From Elusimicrobiota bacterium (GTDB lineage: Bacteria; Elusimicrobiota; Elusimicrobia; UBA1565; UBA9628), in the NCBI GenBank assembly GCA_027319565.1, contig DAHVNA010000001.1, positions 159,886-223,885 of the forward strand: a DNA stretch of 64,000 nucleotides, in the 5' to 3' direction. The notes under the pieces were generated by a model, which searched no databases, was not told the DNA's origin, and saw only the letters and a program-made list of their open reading frames with translations. The translations under genes were made by a program, and so were the position numbers. Positions 51,939 through 61,117 of the stretch are shown piece after piece; position 1 is the first letter of the stretch, and each line of letters starts with the position of its first letter.

Positions 51939-51950
51939 CCGCTGTTACCT

Positions 51951-52011
51951 CGGCAGGTCGTAAGCCGGGGTCCAGGAATTTTTGATGCTGGATTCCGGCA
52001 ACAGCTGGAAT
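51951..52011. repeat. 61-bp direct repeat, copy 2 (REP-like)
   Basis: Identical to 50482-50542; followed by GAC. Confidence 0.92.
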
Positions 52012-52020
52012 GACAAGAAC

Positions 52021-53070
52021 TTAAGAGAGACGAAAGGGCGCTAATTTTTGGGGAGAGTCTTTGAGGCCTTGGCTTTCGAGAAAACTTGTGATCAGTTTGT
52101 CTTCCTCTCGCCGCCAGGTCATTTCGGAAGCGGCGTTTCCAATATCGATAGAACCTCCGGCGATCATCGCGTGGCCGCCTCCTCTGTTTCCGCCGCCTAA
52201 GAGTCTTCTCAGAAGTTTTCCCGCTCCGGCTGTGGGGCTTGAGCTTCTAATTGAGACTAAAAGTTTTCCTTGATATCTTCCCGTGACAATAGACCAGTCC
52301 ATTTTCTCATGGGTCAAAAGAAAATCGGCGATTTGAGCCGGGCGGTCGGGAGTGCGCATTTCTCCTAAATGCGTTCCGATGACATTGCGGCAGATGAAAG
52401 CGTTTTGAAGGGCGGAAAATAGAGAAGTAAAAAAATCGGAAGAATGCTTGGGATAGGCGATTTTCCATAAAATCTGCATGTTCGCCTTGGGCCAAAATTT
52501 CTGATAGGCTTCGATGTCGCGGCGCCCGGCCTCTCGACCTAAATTTTGAGTTTCAGAGCCGATCCCGTAGACGATTGCGGTTGCTAGGCGCTTGGGAATC
52601 CGGACCTGGGCCAGAAGAAGAGCTTCGGCGAGAATGGTCGTCGTCGCGCCGGAAGACTCGTCAATTAAAGCGCAATCGGCTTGGGTGTCCGGGTGTTTTG
52701 GATGGTGGTCGATGATTAAAGCGGGTTTTCTGTTGGGCGGACAGCGGTTGTTTTTAAAAGGTTGCTGGGTGTCAATTAAGGCCAGGTGAGCGCTGGCCTT
52801 GATTTCCCCGGCTTTAAGCGGAGAGGCCGGAATTTCAAGCCGTTCGGCCATGATTCGGTTTTCTGCGCGGCCGATCATTCCGCCATAGACAATTTTAGAG
52901 CGGATATTGGCGATGTGTTGGGCAAGGTGGGCCAAGGCCCAGGCCGAGGCCAGGGCGTCCGGATCAGGGTGATCATGGGTTAAAATCGTCAAGGGTTTGA
53001 TGCGAGAAGAGTTGTTTTTGAGAAAATCAATCAACTTGCGGGCATGATAGAGGGATTTTTTTTTAGGCAT
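52021..53070 (-). CDS. DHH/DHHA1 phosphoesterase (probable c-di-AMP/oligoribonucleotide phosphodiesterase)
   Basis: HDHPDPDA, IIDHH, GGGH motifs. Confidence 0.9.
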   Translation of the reverse strand: MPKKKSLYHARKLIDFLKNNSSRIKPLTILTHDHPDPDALASAWALAHLAQHIANIRSKIVYGGMIGRAENRIMAERLEIPASPLKAGEIKASAHLALIDTQQPFKNNRCPPNRKPALIIDHHPKHPDTQADCALIDESSGATTTILAEALLLAQVRIPKRLATAIVYGIGSETQNLGREAGRRDIEAYQKFWPKANMQILWKIAYPKHSSDFFTSLFSALQNAFICRNVIGTHLGEMRTPDRPAQIADFLLTHEKMDWSIVTGRYQGKLLVSIRSSSPTAGAGKLLRRLLGGGNRGGGHAMIAGGSIDIGNAASEMTWRREEDKLITSFLESQGLKDSPQKLAPFRLS

Positions 53071-53082
53071 CGTTCTATTAAT

Positions 53083-53952
53083 TTAGCGGCTGACAAACAC
53101 GAAAGAAAGCCATAGGAAGGTAGCGACTGCCGCGGCGATCAGTTTTTCTTTGAGATTGTGTTTCCAAAATTCTTGATTTTCCGAGAGCTTGGTCTTTAAG
53201 AGAGATTTTTCGGTGGCAAAGATTTCAAGGCGCTGTTGTAGATTTCCGAGATCGGTAACCGGGATAATTTCCCCGGACAAGGCCAGGGAAATCGTTCCTT
53301 TTTCCTCGCTGACGATGATCGCCAAGGCGTCGGTGAGTTCCGAAAGTCCAATGGCCGCCAAATGCCGGGTTCCAAGATTTCCGTCAAGAGACCTCTTGGA
53401 GAGAGGAAGCCGGCATCCAAAACGGCTGACGCGCCCGTTTTCGATGATGACCGCCCCGTCGTGTCCTAGAGAATGAGCGTCAAAGATGCTTTCTAAGAGC
53501 GCTTCCGATATCTCGCCGTCTAAATCCCATCCGCCGTGGACATGGCGGCCCAGGGGATCTCGCCCTTCTAAAATGATGAGGGCGCCAATTTTATCCTTGG
53601 CGCAATCGGACACCGCGCGGGCTATTTTCTCGAGATATTGGGGAGATTGCGGAAACGCGGCGGGCGAGCGAAAACTCCAGACGGCGATGCGCTCAAAAAC
53701 CTGCCTGATTTCTTCTTGGAAGATCACGATGATTGCGATGATAAAGACCGTGAAAAATCCGCGGAATATCCAGACCGTCATCACCATGTTTAAAAGGCGA
53801 GCCGCGATATAGACAAAGACAAATAAAAACAGCCCCAGAGCGACGAAGGCGGTTTGCGTGCGCTTAAACCAAATTAAAAGTCCGTAGATGAGGCAGGCGA
53901 CGAAGGTAATGTCTAGGATTGCGGATATAAATGGGAAGGGGGATAATATCAT
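53083..53952 (-). CDS. cdaA: Diadenylate cyclase, CdaA type
   Basis: Three N-terminal TMs, IVIFQEEIR, HDGAVI, LPLS, GTRHLAA, VSEEKG. Confidence 0.9.
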   Translation of the reverse strand: MILSPFPFISAILDITFVACLIYGLLIWFKRTQTAFVALGLFLFVFVYIAARLLNMVMTVWIFRGFFTVFIIAIIVIFQEEIRQVFERIAVWSFRSPAAFPQSPQYLEKIARAVSDCAKDKIGALIILEGRDPLGRHVHGGWDLDGEISEALLESIFDAHSLGHDGAVIIENGRVSRFGCRLPLSKRSLDGNLGTRHLAAIGLSELTDALAIIVSEEKGTISLALSGEIIPVTDLGNLQQRLEIFATEKSLLKTKLSENQEFWKHNLKEKLIAAAVATFLWLSFVFVSR

Positions 53953-54485
53953 TGAGCGATGGAGGGGCTTTTCTTTCCTTCTAAAAGCTCCGCCATGTTC
54001 CAGATCATATCCTTTCGGTCATAGGCCGTGATGGCGACGTCCGATGAATCCATATGGATGGCGTCTACCGGGCAAGCCTCGGCGCAATAGCCGCAGAAAA
54101 CGCAAAGCCCAAGGTCGATGCTGAAAGACTTCGCGCGTTTTTCAATGATGACATCCGGACTGTCTTCGGCCACGATGCGAATGCATTTTGCCGGGCAAAT
54201 CGTCTCGCAGAGGAGGCACGCCGTGCAGCGGGGAGTTCCGTCTTCCCGTTTAAGAAGCCGGTGGCGAGTTCTGGCGCGTCTTCCTAAGACCGCAGGATCC
54301 TCCGGATATTGAATGGTCACGGAGCCGGGCTCGGTTTTAATTCCCATAGCCTTGAGGGTATGTCGCCAAAGATTGACGAAGAGGTGGCGGAAAGTGACCA
54401 AGAGCCCCAGCCAAACTTCCCAGATGAAGATTTGCCCCTGAAAGTTTCTCGGCGGGCGCGTGACTTCTTTTATCTTAATCGCCAT
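53949..54485 (-). CDS. nuoI: NADH-quinone oxidoreductase subunit I
   Basis: TIQYPE, CTACLLCETICP and CVFCGYCAEACP. Confidence 0.93.
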   Translation of the reverse strand: MAIKIKEVTRPPRNFQGQIFIWEVWLGLLVTFRHLFVNLWRHTLKAMGIKTEPGSVTIQYPEDPAVLGRRARTRHRLLKREDGTPRCTACLLCETICPAKCIRIVAEDSPDVIIEKRAKSFSIDLGLCVFCGYCAEACPVDAIHMDSSDVAITAYDRKDMIWNMAELLEGKKSPSIAQ

Positions 54486-55516
54486 AAATAAACCCCCCAG
54501 ACGGTCAAAAGGAAATTGAGAAGTGACAAGGGAAGAATATTTTTCCACCCAAGATCCAAGAGTTGATCGAAGCGAAAACGCGGAAGAGTCCAGCGGATTT
54601 GCATCAGCAAAAAGAGAACCAGCATCACTTTCGCCAAAAAGGCTAGGACCATGATAAGGCCGCCTAAGGCCCCCGCGAGGTGGAGACCCGGAACCTGCCA
54701 GCCGCCTAAATAGAGCGCCGTCGCCAGGCCCGAGACGACGATTGACTCGACAAAATCAGTCATTAAAAACATTCCGAATTTCATTCCGGAGTATTCGACG
54801 TGATAGCCGACGATTTCGCTTTCGCCTTCGGGAAGGTCAAAGGGAGTTCTTTTGGTTTCAGCCGCCGCGGCGGTTAAAAAAAGCAGAAAGCCCAGGGGCT
54901 GAAGGACAATGCCCCAGGCGGGAATAAATCCGAAGAGAAGTCGCCCTTGCCACAAAACCGCTTGCTGAAGGTCCAAGGTTCCGTAGACGAAAGCGACGCT
55001 GGAAAGAGTGGTCGCCAGGCATACCTCGTAGGCGATCATCTGTGAAGCCCCTCTCAGTCCCCCGATGAGTCCGTAGTTGGAGGCGGAAGAATAACCGGCC
55101 ATCACGACTCCATGAACCCCCAGGGATAAAAGGCCGAGGACCAACAAAAGCCCGTAAGGGCTTTGAATCGGTTGAAGGCTGACGGAATGCCCAAAAGCCG
55201 TGATGTTTCCGCCAAAGGGAAGAGCCGCTAGACCCAAAAGCCCAAACCCCAGAGAGATTCCCGGGGCCATCGCGTAGAAAGGCTGATGGGCGAAAGGAGG
55301 GATGTAATCTTCCTTGGTTAGCATCTTGAGCGCGTCGGCGATGGGATGGAAAAAGCCGAGAACTCTAAAACCAAAAATTTCAGCTCGGTTGGCCCCGATC
55401 CGGTCTTGGAGAACGGCGCTTTGTTTTCTCTCAAGCCAGCCTAAAAATCCGGCGATGTTAAGACCGGTGGCGACGGCGAAGATAACTTTGACGGCGGTCC
55501 AGGCAACCGAGATCAT
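54470..55516 (-). CDS. nuoH: NADH-quinone oxidoreductase subunit H
   Basis: ERK..A..QDRIG.N, AD..K...KED, PFDLPEGESE, PRFRFDQL. Confidence 0.95.
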   Translation of the reverse strand: MISVAWTAVKVIFAVATGLNIAGFLGWLERKQSAVLQDRIGANRAEIFGFRVLGFFHPIADALKMLTKEDYIPPFAHQPFYAMAPGISLGFGLLGLAALPFGGNITAFGHSVSLQPIQSPYGLLLVLGLLSLGVHGVVMAGYSSASNYGLIGGLRGASQMIAYEVCLATTLSSVAFVYGTLDLQQAVLWQGRLLFGFIPAWGIVLQPLGFLLFLTAAAAETKRTPFDLPEGESEIVGYHVEYSGMKFGMFLMTDFVESIVVSGLATALYLGGWQVPGLHLAGALGGLIMVLAFLAKVMLVLFLLMQIRWTLPRFRFDQLLDLGWKNILPLSLLNFLLTVWGVYLWRLR

Positions 55517-57036
55517 TGGGATACTCCGGCGAGCGCGCGAGATTGAACTTCTTTAAATGTCCGCTGAATTTTTTGCAGTATCTTCCAGTCGGGCAAGGCC
55601 TCTCCCAAAGGAAGCAGGGCTTGCAAATACTGTTGAACCTTGCCCTCGAAATTGGTGAAATGCCCGTCTTCTTCAGCATAAGAAGTCGCGGGAAGTCGGT
55701 AATGCGCCCAGTTGCCGATTCCGGTTTTATAAGGGCTTTGGAAAACAATTAAGTCTAATTTTTCAAAAAGGGCCTTGGTTTTTTCTTTCCAAACCTTTTC
55801 CGCGTCGCGCTCCAAGATATAGAGGCCCCAAATTTTTCCGGATTCGATTTTTTGCGCGAGACTTTCCCAGGATTCAGATTTGATCGCGCTTCCAAATCCT
55901 AAGGCTTCTCCGCCCTTGAGATTGGGAACTTTTTCTTTTTTCCGCAGCAGAGAATCTTCTTCTCCCATTTGATCCGGCTCCGGAGAGAATAGGAAATGGG
56001 AAAGTCCAAGCGCGCCGACAAAGAAGTTTTTAAACTCTGCCCAGTCTTCGTTCGACAAAAGCCCGGAGGCGATTACCGCCAGACCGTCTTTTCCTTTTTC
56101 CGCGATGCCCTTGGCCAAGGATTCTGAAATTTCAGAAAGAGCCGCGTCCCAGGAAATTTCCATCGAGGAAGGCTTTAACCGAACAACCTTACCCAGTCGA
56201 TCTTCGTCTAATTTGGAACAGCTGTAGCGGCCTTCATCGCATATCCAGTAGCCGTTGACCTCGGGATTATGCCGCGGCTTAATTCTCGCCGCGCGGCGGC
56301 CCTCATTGTGCCACGGGCGCTTGGTGTTGGTGTGGAGAGATATGTTGCACCCGCGGCTACATCCGGGACAGATGGAATTGGTTTTATCCAAATACCAGAC
56401 GCGGACCTTGTATCTAAAATCGCGATCGGTGAGGGCTCCCACGGGACAGATATCGACGACGTTTCCGGAATAGGGGTTGTCGAGCGTTTTCCCCGGGGTT
56501 AAATCGATGACTTCCTTGTGCCCGCGGCCAAAAATTCCCAGTTCATGGGTCTTGGTGACTTCCGCCGTAAAGCGCGTGCATCTTGTGCAGAGAACGCATC
56601 TTTCCTGATCGAGCATCACGTGGGGCCCGATGGGAATGCGCTTTTTTTTGTGTAATTTGTTTTCCCGGACCTGGCTTTCGTATTGTCCGTGCTTCATGTA
56701 ATAATCTTGAAGCCCACACTCTCCGGCTTGATCGCAAACCGGGCAATCTAAAGGATGGTTGACGAGATGAAGCTCTAGGGCTGAAGAGCGCGCTCTGAGG
56801 GCTTGAGGACTGTTGGAATGGACGACCATGCCTTCCTTGACCGGAAGCCGGCAAGAAACCATCGGTTTTGGCGCTCCTTCCACTTCGACGACGCAAAGGC
56901 GGCAGTTTCCGGGGTTTCCGAGAGAAGGATGATAGCAGTAATGGGGGATTTCGGCGCCGACTTTCCTTGCCGCGTCGATGACAAGAGAGCCTTCAGGGGC
57001 TTCGACTTTCTTTCCGTCAAGAGTAAACTGAGCCAT
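55513..57036 (-). CDS. nuoG: NADH-quinone oxidoreductase subunit G (short form)
   Basis: IPHYCYHP, GNCRLC, HPLDCPVCDQAGEC.LQ, CVLCTRC, CPGCSRGC. Confidence 0.9.
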   Translation of the reverse strand: MAQFTLDGKKVEAPEGSLVIDAARKVGAEIPHYCYHPSLGNPGNCRLCVVEVEGAPKPMVSCRLPVKEGMVVHSNSPQALRARSSALELHLVNHPLDCPVCDQAGECGLQDYYMKHGQYESQVRENKLHKKKRIPIGPHVMLDQERCVLCTRCTRFTAEVTKTHELGIFGRGHKEVIDLTPGKTLDNPYSGNVVDICPVGALTDRDFRYKVRVWYLDKTNSICPGCSRGCNISLHTNTKRPWHNEGRRAARIKPRHNPEVNGYWICDEGRYSCSKLDEDRLGKVVRLKPSSMEISWDAALSEISESLAKGIAEKGKDGLAVIASGLLSNEDWAEFKNFFVGALGLSHFLFSPEPDQMGEEDSLLRKKEKVPNLKGGEALGFGSAIKSESWESLAQKIESGKIWGLYILERDAEKVWKEKTKALFEKLDLIVFQSPYKTGIGNWAHYRLPATSYAEEDGHFTNFEGKVQQYLQALLPLGEALPDWKILQKIQRTFKEVQSRALAGVSQ

Positions 57037-57143
57037 GGTTTTTATCCTTAAGCCTTTAAAAAATTTGAGCCTAAGATAACTTTAGAATTTTATGGAGATT
57101 TAGTCCAGAGGCAGAAGGTTGAAAGCTGTCCATTGAGAGCCGC

Positions 57144-57608
57144 TTACAGAAAGGAAAGGGGATCACTGCGCAGAAATTCGTCGAGGCTTGTTTTGCCCGG
57201 GCCCACCAGAAGGGTCTTGGCAATACCGCATTTGCGGGCTGCGCGCTCAAGAACATTGGTTTCTTTCTTTTGAGAGATGCCGACTTCTATGGCAAGGACA
57301 TTCTTGCCGCGGCGCGCGATAAAATCTATTTCCTCATCTCGATGGCGCCAATAAAAAACTTCAAGGCCCGCTCGGATGAGATGGGCTCCGACGGCGTTTT
57401 TCGCCAAACGCCCGTAAAACTCGAGATCCTCATCGATATCTTTTTGTGTCTTGTTTTGGACGGCTAAAATCAAGGCTTGCGCCATGACTTGGGATAACGC
57501 AGTTGTTTTTCCCGCCTGCCGGGGTCCGATCAGGATTTGGATAAGCACGGGGCGCTCCGAAAGCCGACTCATCAGTTCTCGAGTCTCTAATCTTAAAAAA
57601 GGCATCAT
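57144..57608 (-). pseudogene. AAA_14/DUF4143 ATPase with large in-frame internal deletion
   Basis: GPRQAGKTT joined directly to C-terminal YWR...EIDFI...AIEV; only 154 aa. Confidence 0.7.
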
Positions 57609-57664
57609 GACATCAGTTTAACATTGTGAAAACCGCTATTTCAGCAAATTAGTAGATAATCCTA

Positions 57665-59797
57665 CTAATTTGTAATTTGGAGAAGTTTTGATAATTCACC
57701 AACGGTCGTGGCCGGGTTTTGGCAAGACAGGTCCCGACAGACATAAACGGTGGGTTTGCCGGAGATCGTTTTCATCTCTTTAAATAGATTTGGAAGCAAA
57801 CTCTTGTCGGGGTTTTCAGGAATGAAGACAAGCGCCCTATTGGGAATCAAATGGCGGCGGATTTCAGCTAAGAGGGCATGCCCTTCTTTTGACGCGGCTT
57901 TTCCGGATACCGCGATCAAAACTGGTTTTGATAAAGACATCTGGAAAACCGATAGCATGTTGGAAAGAGAAAGCGGCCGCTCATTCATCAGCCCGGAAAA
58001 TCTCCGCAGGGTTTTAAGAGAAATGTTTTTTAAATCCTCGCGGTCTAAAATCAGGGAAAGGCGCAATAAAACCGATGCGGCGACCGAACTGGAACAGGGC
58101 TCGACTGAATCGGCGCAGTCCATAACGCGGAAAAGCCCCGTTTTTGCCTTTTCGCTGGAAAGGTAGAACCCTCCATAAGACGCGGCAAAATCCTTGATGA
58201 GTTTTTCAGAGAGCTCTAAAGACCAGGATAAATTTGACTCGTCGCCGCCTGCTTCATAAAGATCCAAAAGCCCTTGGGCCATGAAGGCATAATCGTCGGA
58301 AAAACCTTCGCTCAAAGAAGGGTTGACGCTGGAGGAGTGGACCAAAACGCTTGACTCCGGCAAGTAGAGATTCTCGCGAATATAGGCGGCGGCTTTTTGG
58401 GCCGCGCTTAAATATTTTGGTTTCCCAGTCGCTTCATGGGCCCGGGACAGGGCTGAAAGCATCAGCCCATTCCAGGAAGCAATGATTTTTTCATCGCGCA
58501 GGGGGCGAATTCTCTTGCTTCTGATTTCCAAAAGTTTTTTTCTTCCCGATTCAATTTTAGATTCCGCCTCGGCCGGGGAGAGGCCAAAGTGGCGGGCCGT
58601 TTTATCTAAGGCTTCCGCATTATAAAGGATATTTTTGCCTTCAAACTCGCCGTTCTCGTTGGCGGACAAATTTCCTTCGGGAGTAATTCCGTAATAGTGG
58701 CAGAAGAGAGCGGCCTCATCTCCCAGAGCGTTTCTTATTTCTATTTCATCCCATAGATAAAACAAGCCTTCGGATTTTTCTCCTGCCTGGTTTAGGTTTT
58801 TATGAGAATCCGCCGCCGTCGGCAAGCTGTCGGCGTCTTCGGCTGAATAAAAAGCTCCCTCGGGAGAGGCCATGTCTCTTAAGACGTATTCGATGGTTTC
58901 CTCGGCGACTTTAAGAAAGAAGGAATCTTTGGAGATTTGGTAAGCCTCAAGATAGTTGACGGCAAGCTGAGCGTTGTCATAAAGCATTTTTTCAAAATGC
59001 GGCAGGCGCCAAAACGCGTCGGTGGAATAACGGTGAAATCCGCCACCGATATGATCATAAATTCCGCCTTGGGCCATGGCCTTTAGAGTTTGAAGCGCCA
59101 TTTCCTTGGCTTTGGGATTTTGAGTCCTTACAAAGGAGCGCATCAGAAACGCCTGGTTTCCCGGAACGGGAAATTTGGGCGCGCCCCCAAAGCCAAAATG
59201 TTCGGGGTCAAAGGAGCCTTCAAAAGCGTTTAAGGCGCGGTCTAAAAGCGTGGAATCGAGATCCGGCCCGATCGCGGGGCCCTCGAGAATTTCTTTAAGC
59301 GCCTCTGAAATTCGTTCGGCGTCGGCGGCGATCCCCTTTTGTTCTTTGGACCATAAATCCGCGATTCGGCTTAGAATTTGGGGAAACCCCTGCATTCCCC
59401 ATCGCGGTTCGGGAGGAAAGTAAGTCCCTCCGTAAAAAGGCTTTAAGTCCGGCGTTAAAAAGACATTGAGGGGCCAGCCGCCCCGGCCGGACATCGCTTG
59501 GACGGCGGTCATATAAATTTTGTCTATGTCAGGGCGTTCTTCCCGGTCGAGTTTGATCGGAATAAAATTTTTGTTGAGAATTTCCGCGATATCGGGATGA
59601 GAGAAGCTTTCCTTTTCCATGACGTGGCACCAGTGACAGGTGGAGTATCCAATAGACAGAAAGATGGGTTTGTTGTCCATCCGGGCTTTCTCGTGGGCTT
59701 CTTTTCCCCAGGGGCGCCAATCGACGGGGTTAAACGCGTGTTGGAGAAGATAGGGGCTTTTCTCATGGATCAATCGGTTTGGAGTCGCGGATTTCAT
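57665..59797 (-). CDS. yyaL: Thioredoxin-domain protein YyaL/SSP411
   Basis: [41 protein letters not shown]. Confidence 0.93.
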   Translation of the reverse strand: MKSATPNRLIHEKSPYLLQHAFNPVDWRPWGKEAHEKARMDNKPIFLSIGYSTCHWCHVMEKESFSHPDIAEILNKNFIPIKLDREERPDIDKIYMTAVQAMSGRGGWPLNVFLTPDLKPFYGGTYFPPEPRWGMQGFPQILSRIADLWSKEQKGIAADAERISEALKEILEGPAIGPDLDSTLLDRALNAFEGSFDPEHFGFGGAPKFPVPGNQAFLMRSFVRTQNPKAKEMALQTLKAMAQGGIYDHIGGGFHRYSTDAFWRLPHFEKMLYDNAQLAVNYLEAYQISKDSFFLKVAEETIEYVLRDMASPEGAFYSAEDADSLPTAADSHKNLNQAGEKSEGLFYLWDEIEIRNALGDEAALFCHYYGITPEGNLSANENGEFEGKNILYNAEALDKTARHFGLSPAEAESKIESGRKKLLEIRSKRIRPLRDEKIIASWNGLMLSALSRAHEATGKPKYLSAAQKAAAYIRENLYLPESSVLVHSSSVNPSLSEGFSDDYAFMAQGLLDLYEAGGDESNLSWSLELSEKLIKDFAASYGGFYLSSEKAKTGLFRVMDCADSVEPCSSSVAASVLLRLSLILDREDLKNISLKTLRRFSGLMNERPLSLSNMLSVFQMSLSKPVLIAVSGKAASKEGHALLAEIRRHLIPNRALVFIPENPDKSLLPNLFKEMKTISGKPTVYVCRDLSCQNPATTVGELSKLLQITN

Positions 59798-59840
59798 AAC
59801 TTGACTTTAGCATAAATGGAAAAAGTCCTATAATCATATC

Positions 59841-61091
59841 GTGGAAGAAACTCTGATTCTCAATATTTCGCAGCTTTTGGCTTTCCCGGGGCTTGACGAA
59901 CCCCGGCGCGGGCGCGATCTCAATTCCGTCGGAATGATTCGGGATGCCGCGGTCCTCATTAAAGAAGGCCTTATTCTCGCCGCTGGCCCCAGGGAGGTCG
60001 TTCTTAAGAGAACCAGTCCGGAAAAATGCCGCATTATTGACGCCGAGGGCCGGGTGGTCTTGCCGGGTTTTGTGGATTCCCATACTCATCCGGTTTTTGC
60101 CGCTCCCAGAATTCTCGATTTTGAACGAAGACTTGAAGGGAAAAGCTATTCCGAGATCGCCTCTTTGGGGGGGGGCATTTTATCCACGGTTGATTTGGTG
60201 CGCAAATCCAGCGAAGAAAATCTCGCGGGCTTTTTAAGGAAATGGTCGAGGAAATTTTTGGAGAGCGGGACCACGACGCTAGAAGCGAAATCAGGATACG
60301 GCTTGGATTGGGAAAACGAGCGGAAAATTTTGCGGGTTCTCTCTCAAGTGGGAAAGGAAGGCCCTCTTGAAATCGTTTCGACGTTTCTTGGCGCCCATGC
60401 CATTCCTGCCGAGATTAAAGATCGCCGGGAGATTTATATCAGGCGCTTGATTGATGAAATGATTCCTCAAGTCGCGCGCGAAAATCTGGCCCGGTTTTCG
60501 GATGTTTTTTGCGAGGAGGGTTACTTTTCAAAAGAAGAGTCCCGCGAAATTTTTAAGGCTTCTCAAAAAGCGGGCTTGGGGCTTAAAATTCATGCGGAGC
60601 AATTATCGCAAAGCGGCGGGGCGAAATTGGCGGTCGAATTTGAGGCTTTGAGCGCCGATCATTTAGACCATATCGGCGACGCCGACATTCGCGCCTTGGC
60701 GAGATCCAGGGTCATCGCCAGCTTGGTTCCCGGTTCCAATTATTTTCTTTCCAAACCTTATCCTCCCGCGCGAAAACTCATTGATTCGGGCGTTGCGGTG
60801 GCTTTAGCCAGCGATTTTAACCCGGGAACCTGCCCTTGTTGGGATATGCGCATCGTTCTATCGATTGCCTGCACCCAGATGAAAATGAAAATTGAAGAAG
60901 CTTTGTCGGCCGCAATTGTCAATGGCGCTTTTGCCGCGGGTCTTGGAAAAACCCATGGCAGTCTCCAAGCGGGAAAAGTCGCCGATTTGGTTTGTCATGA
61001 GGCCGAGGACTATCGCGAGATTCCTTATTATTTCGGCCAATCTCCGGTTCTGTGGACCATGAAAAAAGGGAAAATCGTTTTTCATCGCTAA
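59841..61091 (+). CDS. hutI: Imidazolonepropionase
   Basis: PGFVDSHTH, GGGI..TV, EAKSGYGL, DVFCE, HAEQL, SADHL, ASDFNPG. Confidence 0.94.
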   Translation: MEETLILNISQLLAFPGLDEPRRGRDLNSVGMIRDAAVLIKEGLILAAGPREVVLKRTSPEKCRIIDAEGRVVLPGFVDSHTHPVFAAPRILDFERRLEGKSYSEIASLGGGILSTVDLVRKSSEENLAGFLRKWSRKFLESGTTTLEAKSGYGLDWENERKILRVLSQVGKEGPLEIVSTFLGAHAIPAEIKDRREIYIRRLIDEMIPQVARENLARFSDVFCEEGYFSKEESREIFKASQKAGLGLKIHAEQLSQSGGAKLAVEFEALSADHLDHIGDADIRALARSRVIASLVPGSNYFLSKPYPPARKLIDSGVAVALASDFNPGTCPCWDMRIVLSIACTQMKMKIEEALSAAIVNGAFAAGLGKTHGSLQAGKVADLVCHEAEDYREIPYYFGQSPVLWTMKKGKIVFHR

Positions 61092-61117
61092 GTTGCTAAC
61101 TTACTGGGAGGTCTGCC

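Noticed and set aside
51880..51950. Integron attC site (GTTGGGC/GCCCAAC boxes)
   Set aside because: The boxes lie inside the short ORF, lack the extended attC stem, and there is no integron integrase or second cassette
50482..52011. CRISPR array
   Set aside because: Only two repeat copies, 61 bp long and 1.4 kb apart, with no cas genes; the structure fits a REP-like palindrome
289..61085. Numerous short antisense and alternate-frame ORFs in the track
   Set aside because: They overlap well-supported genes, show no motifs, and are expected by chance
59841..61091. hutI without neighbouring hut genes as a novel pathway
   Set aside because: Scattered hut genes are common and the rest of the genome is not visible
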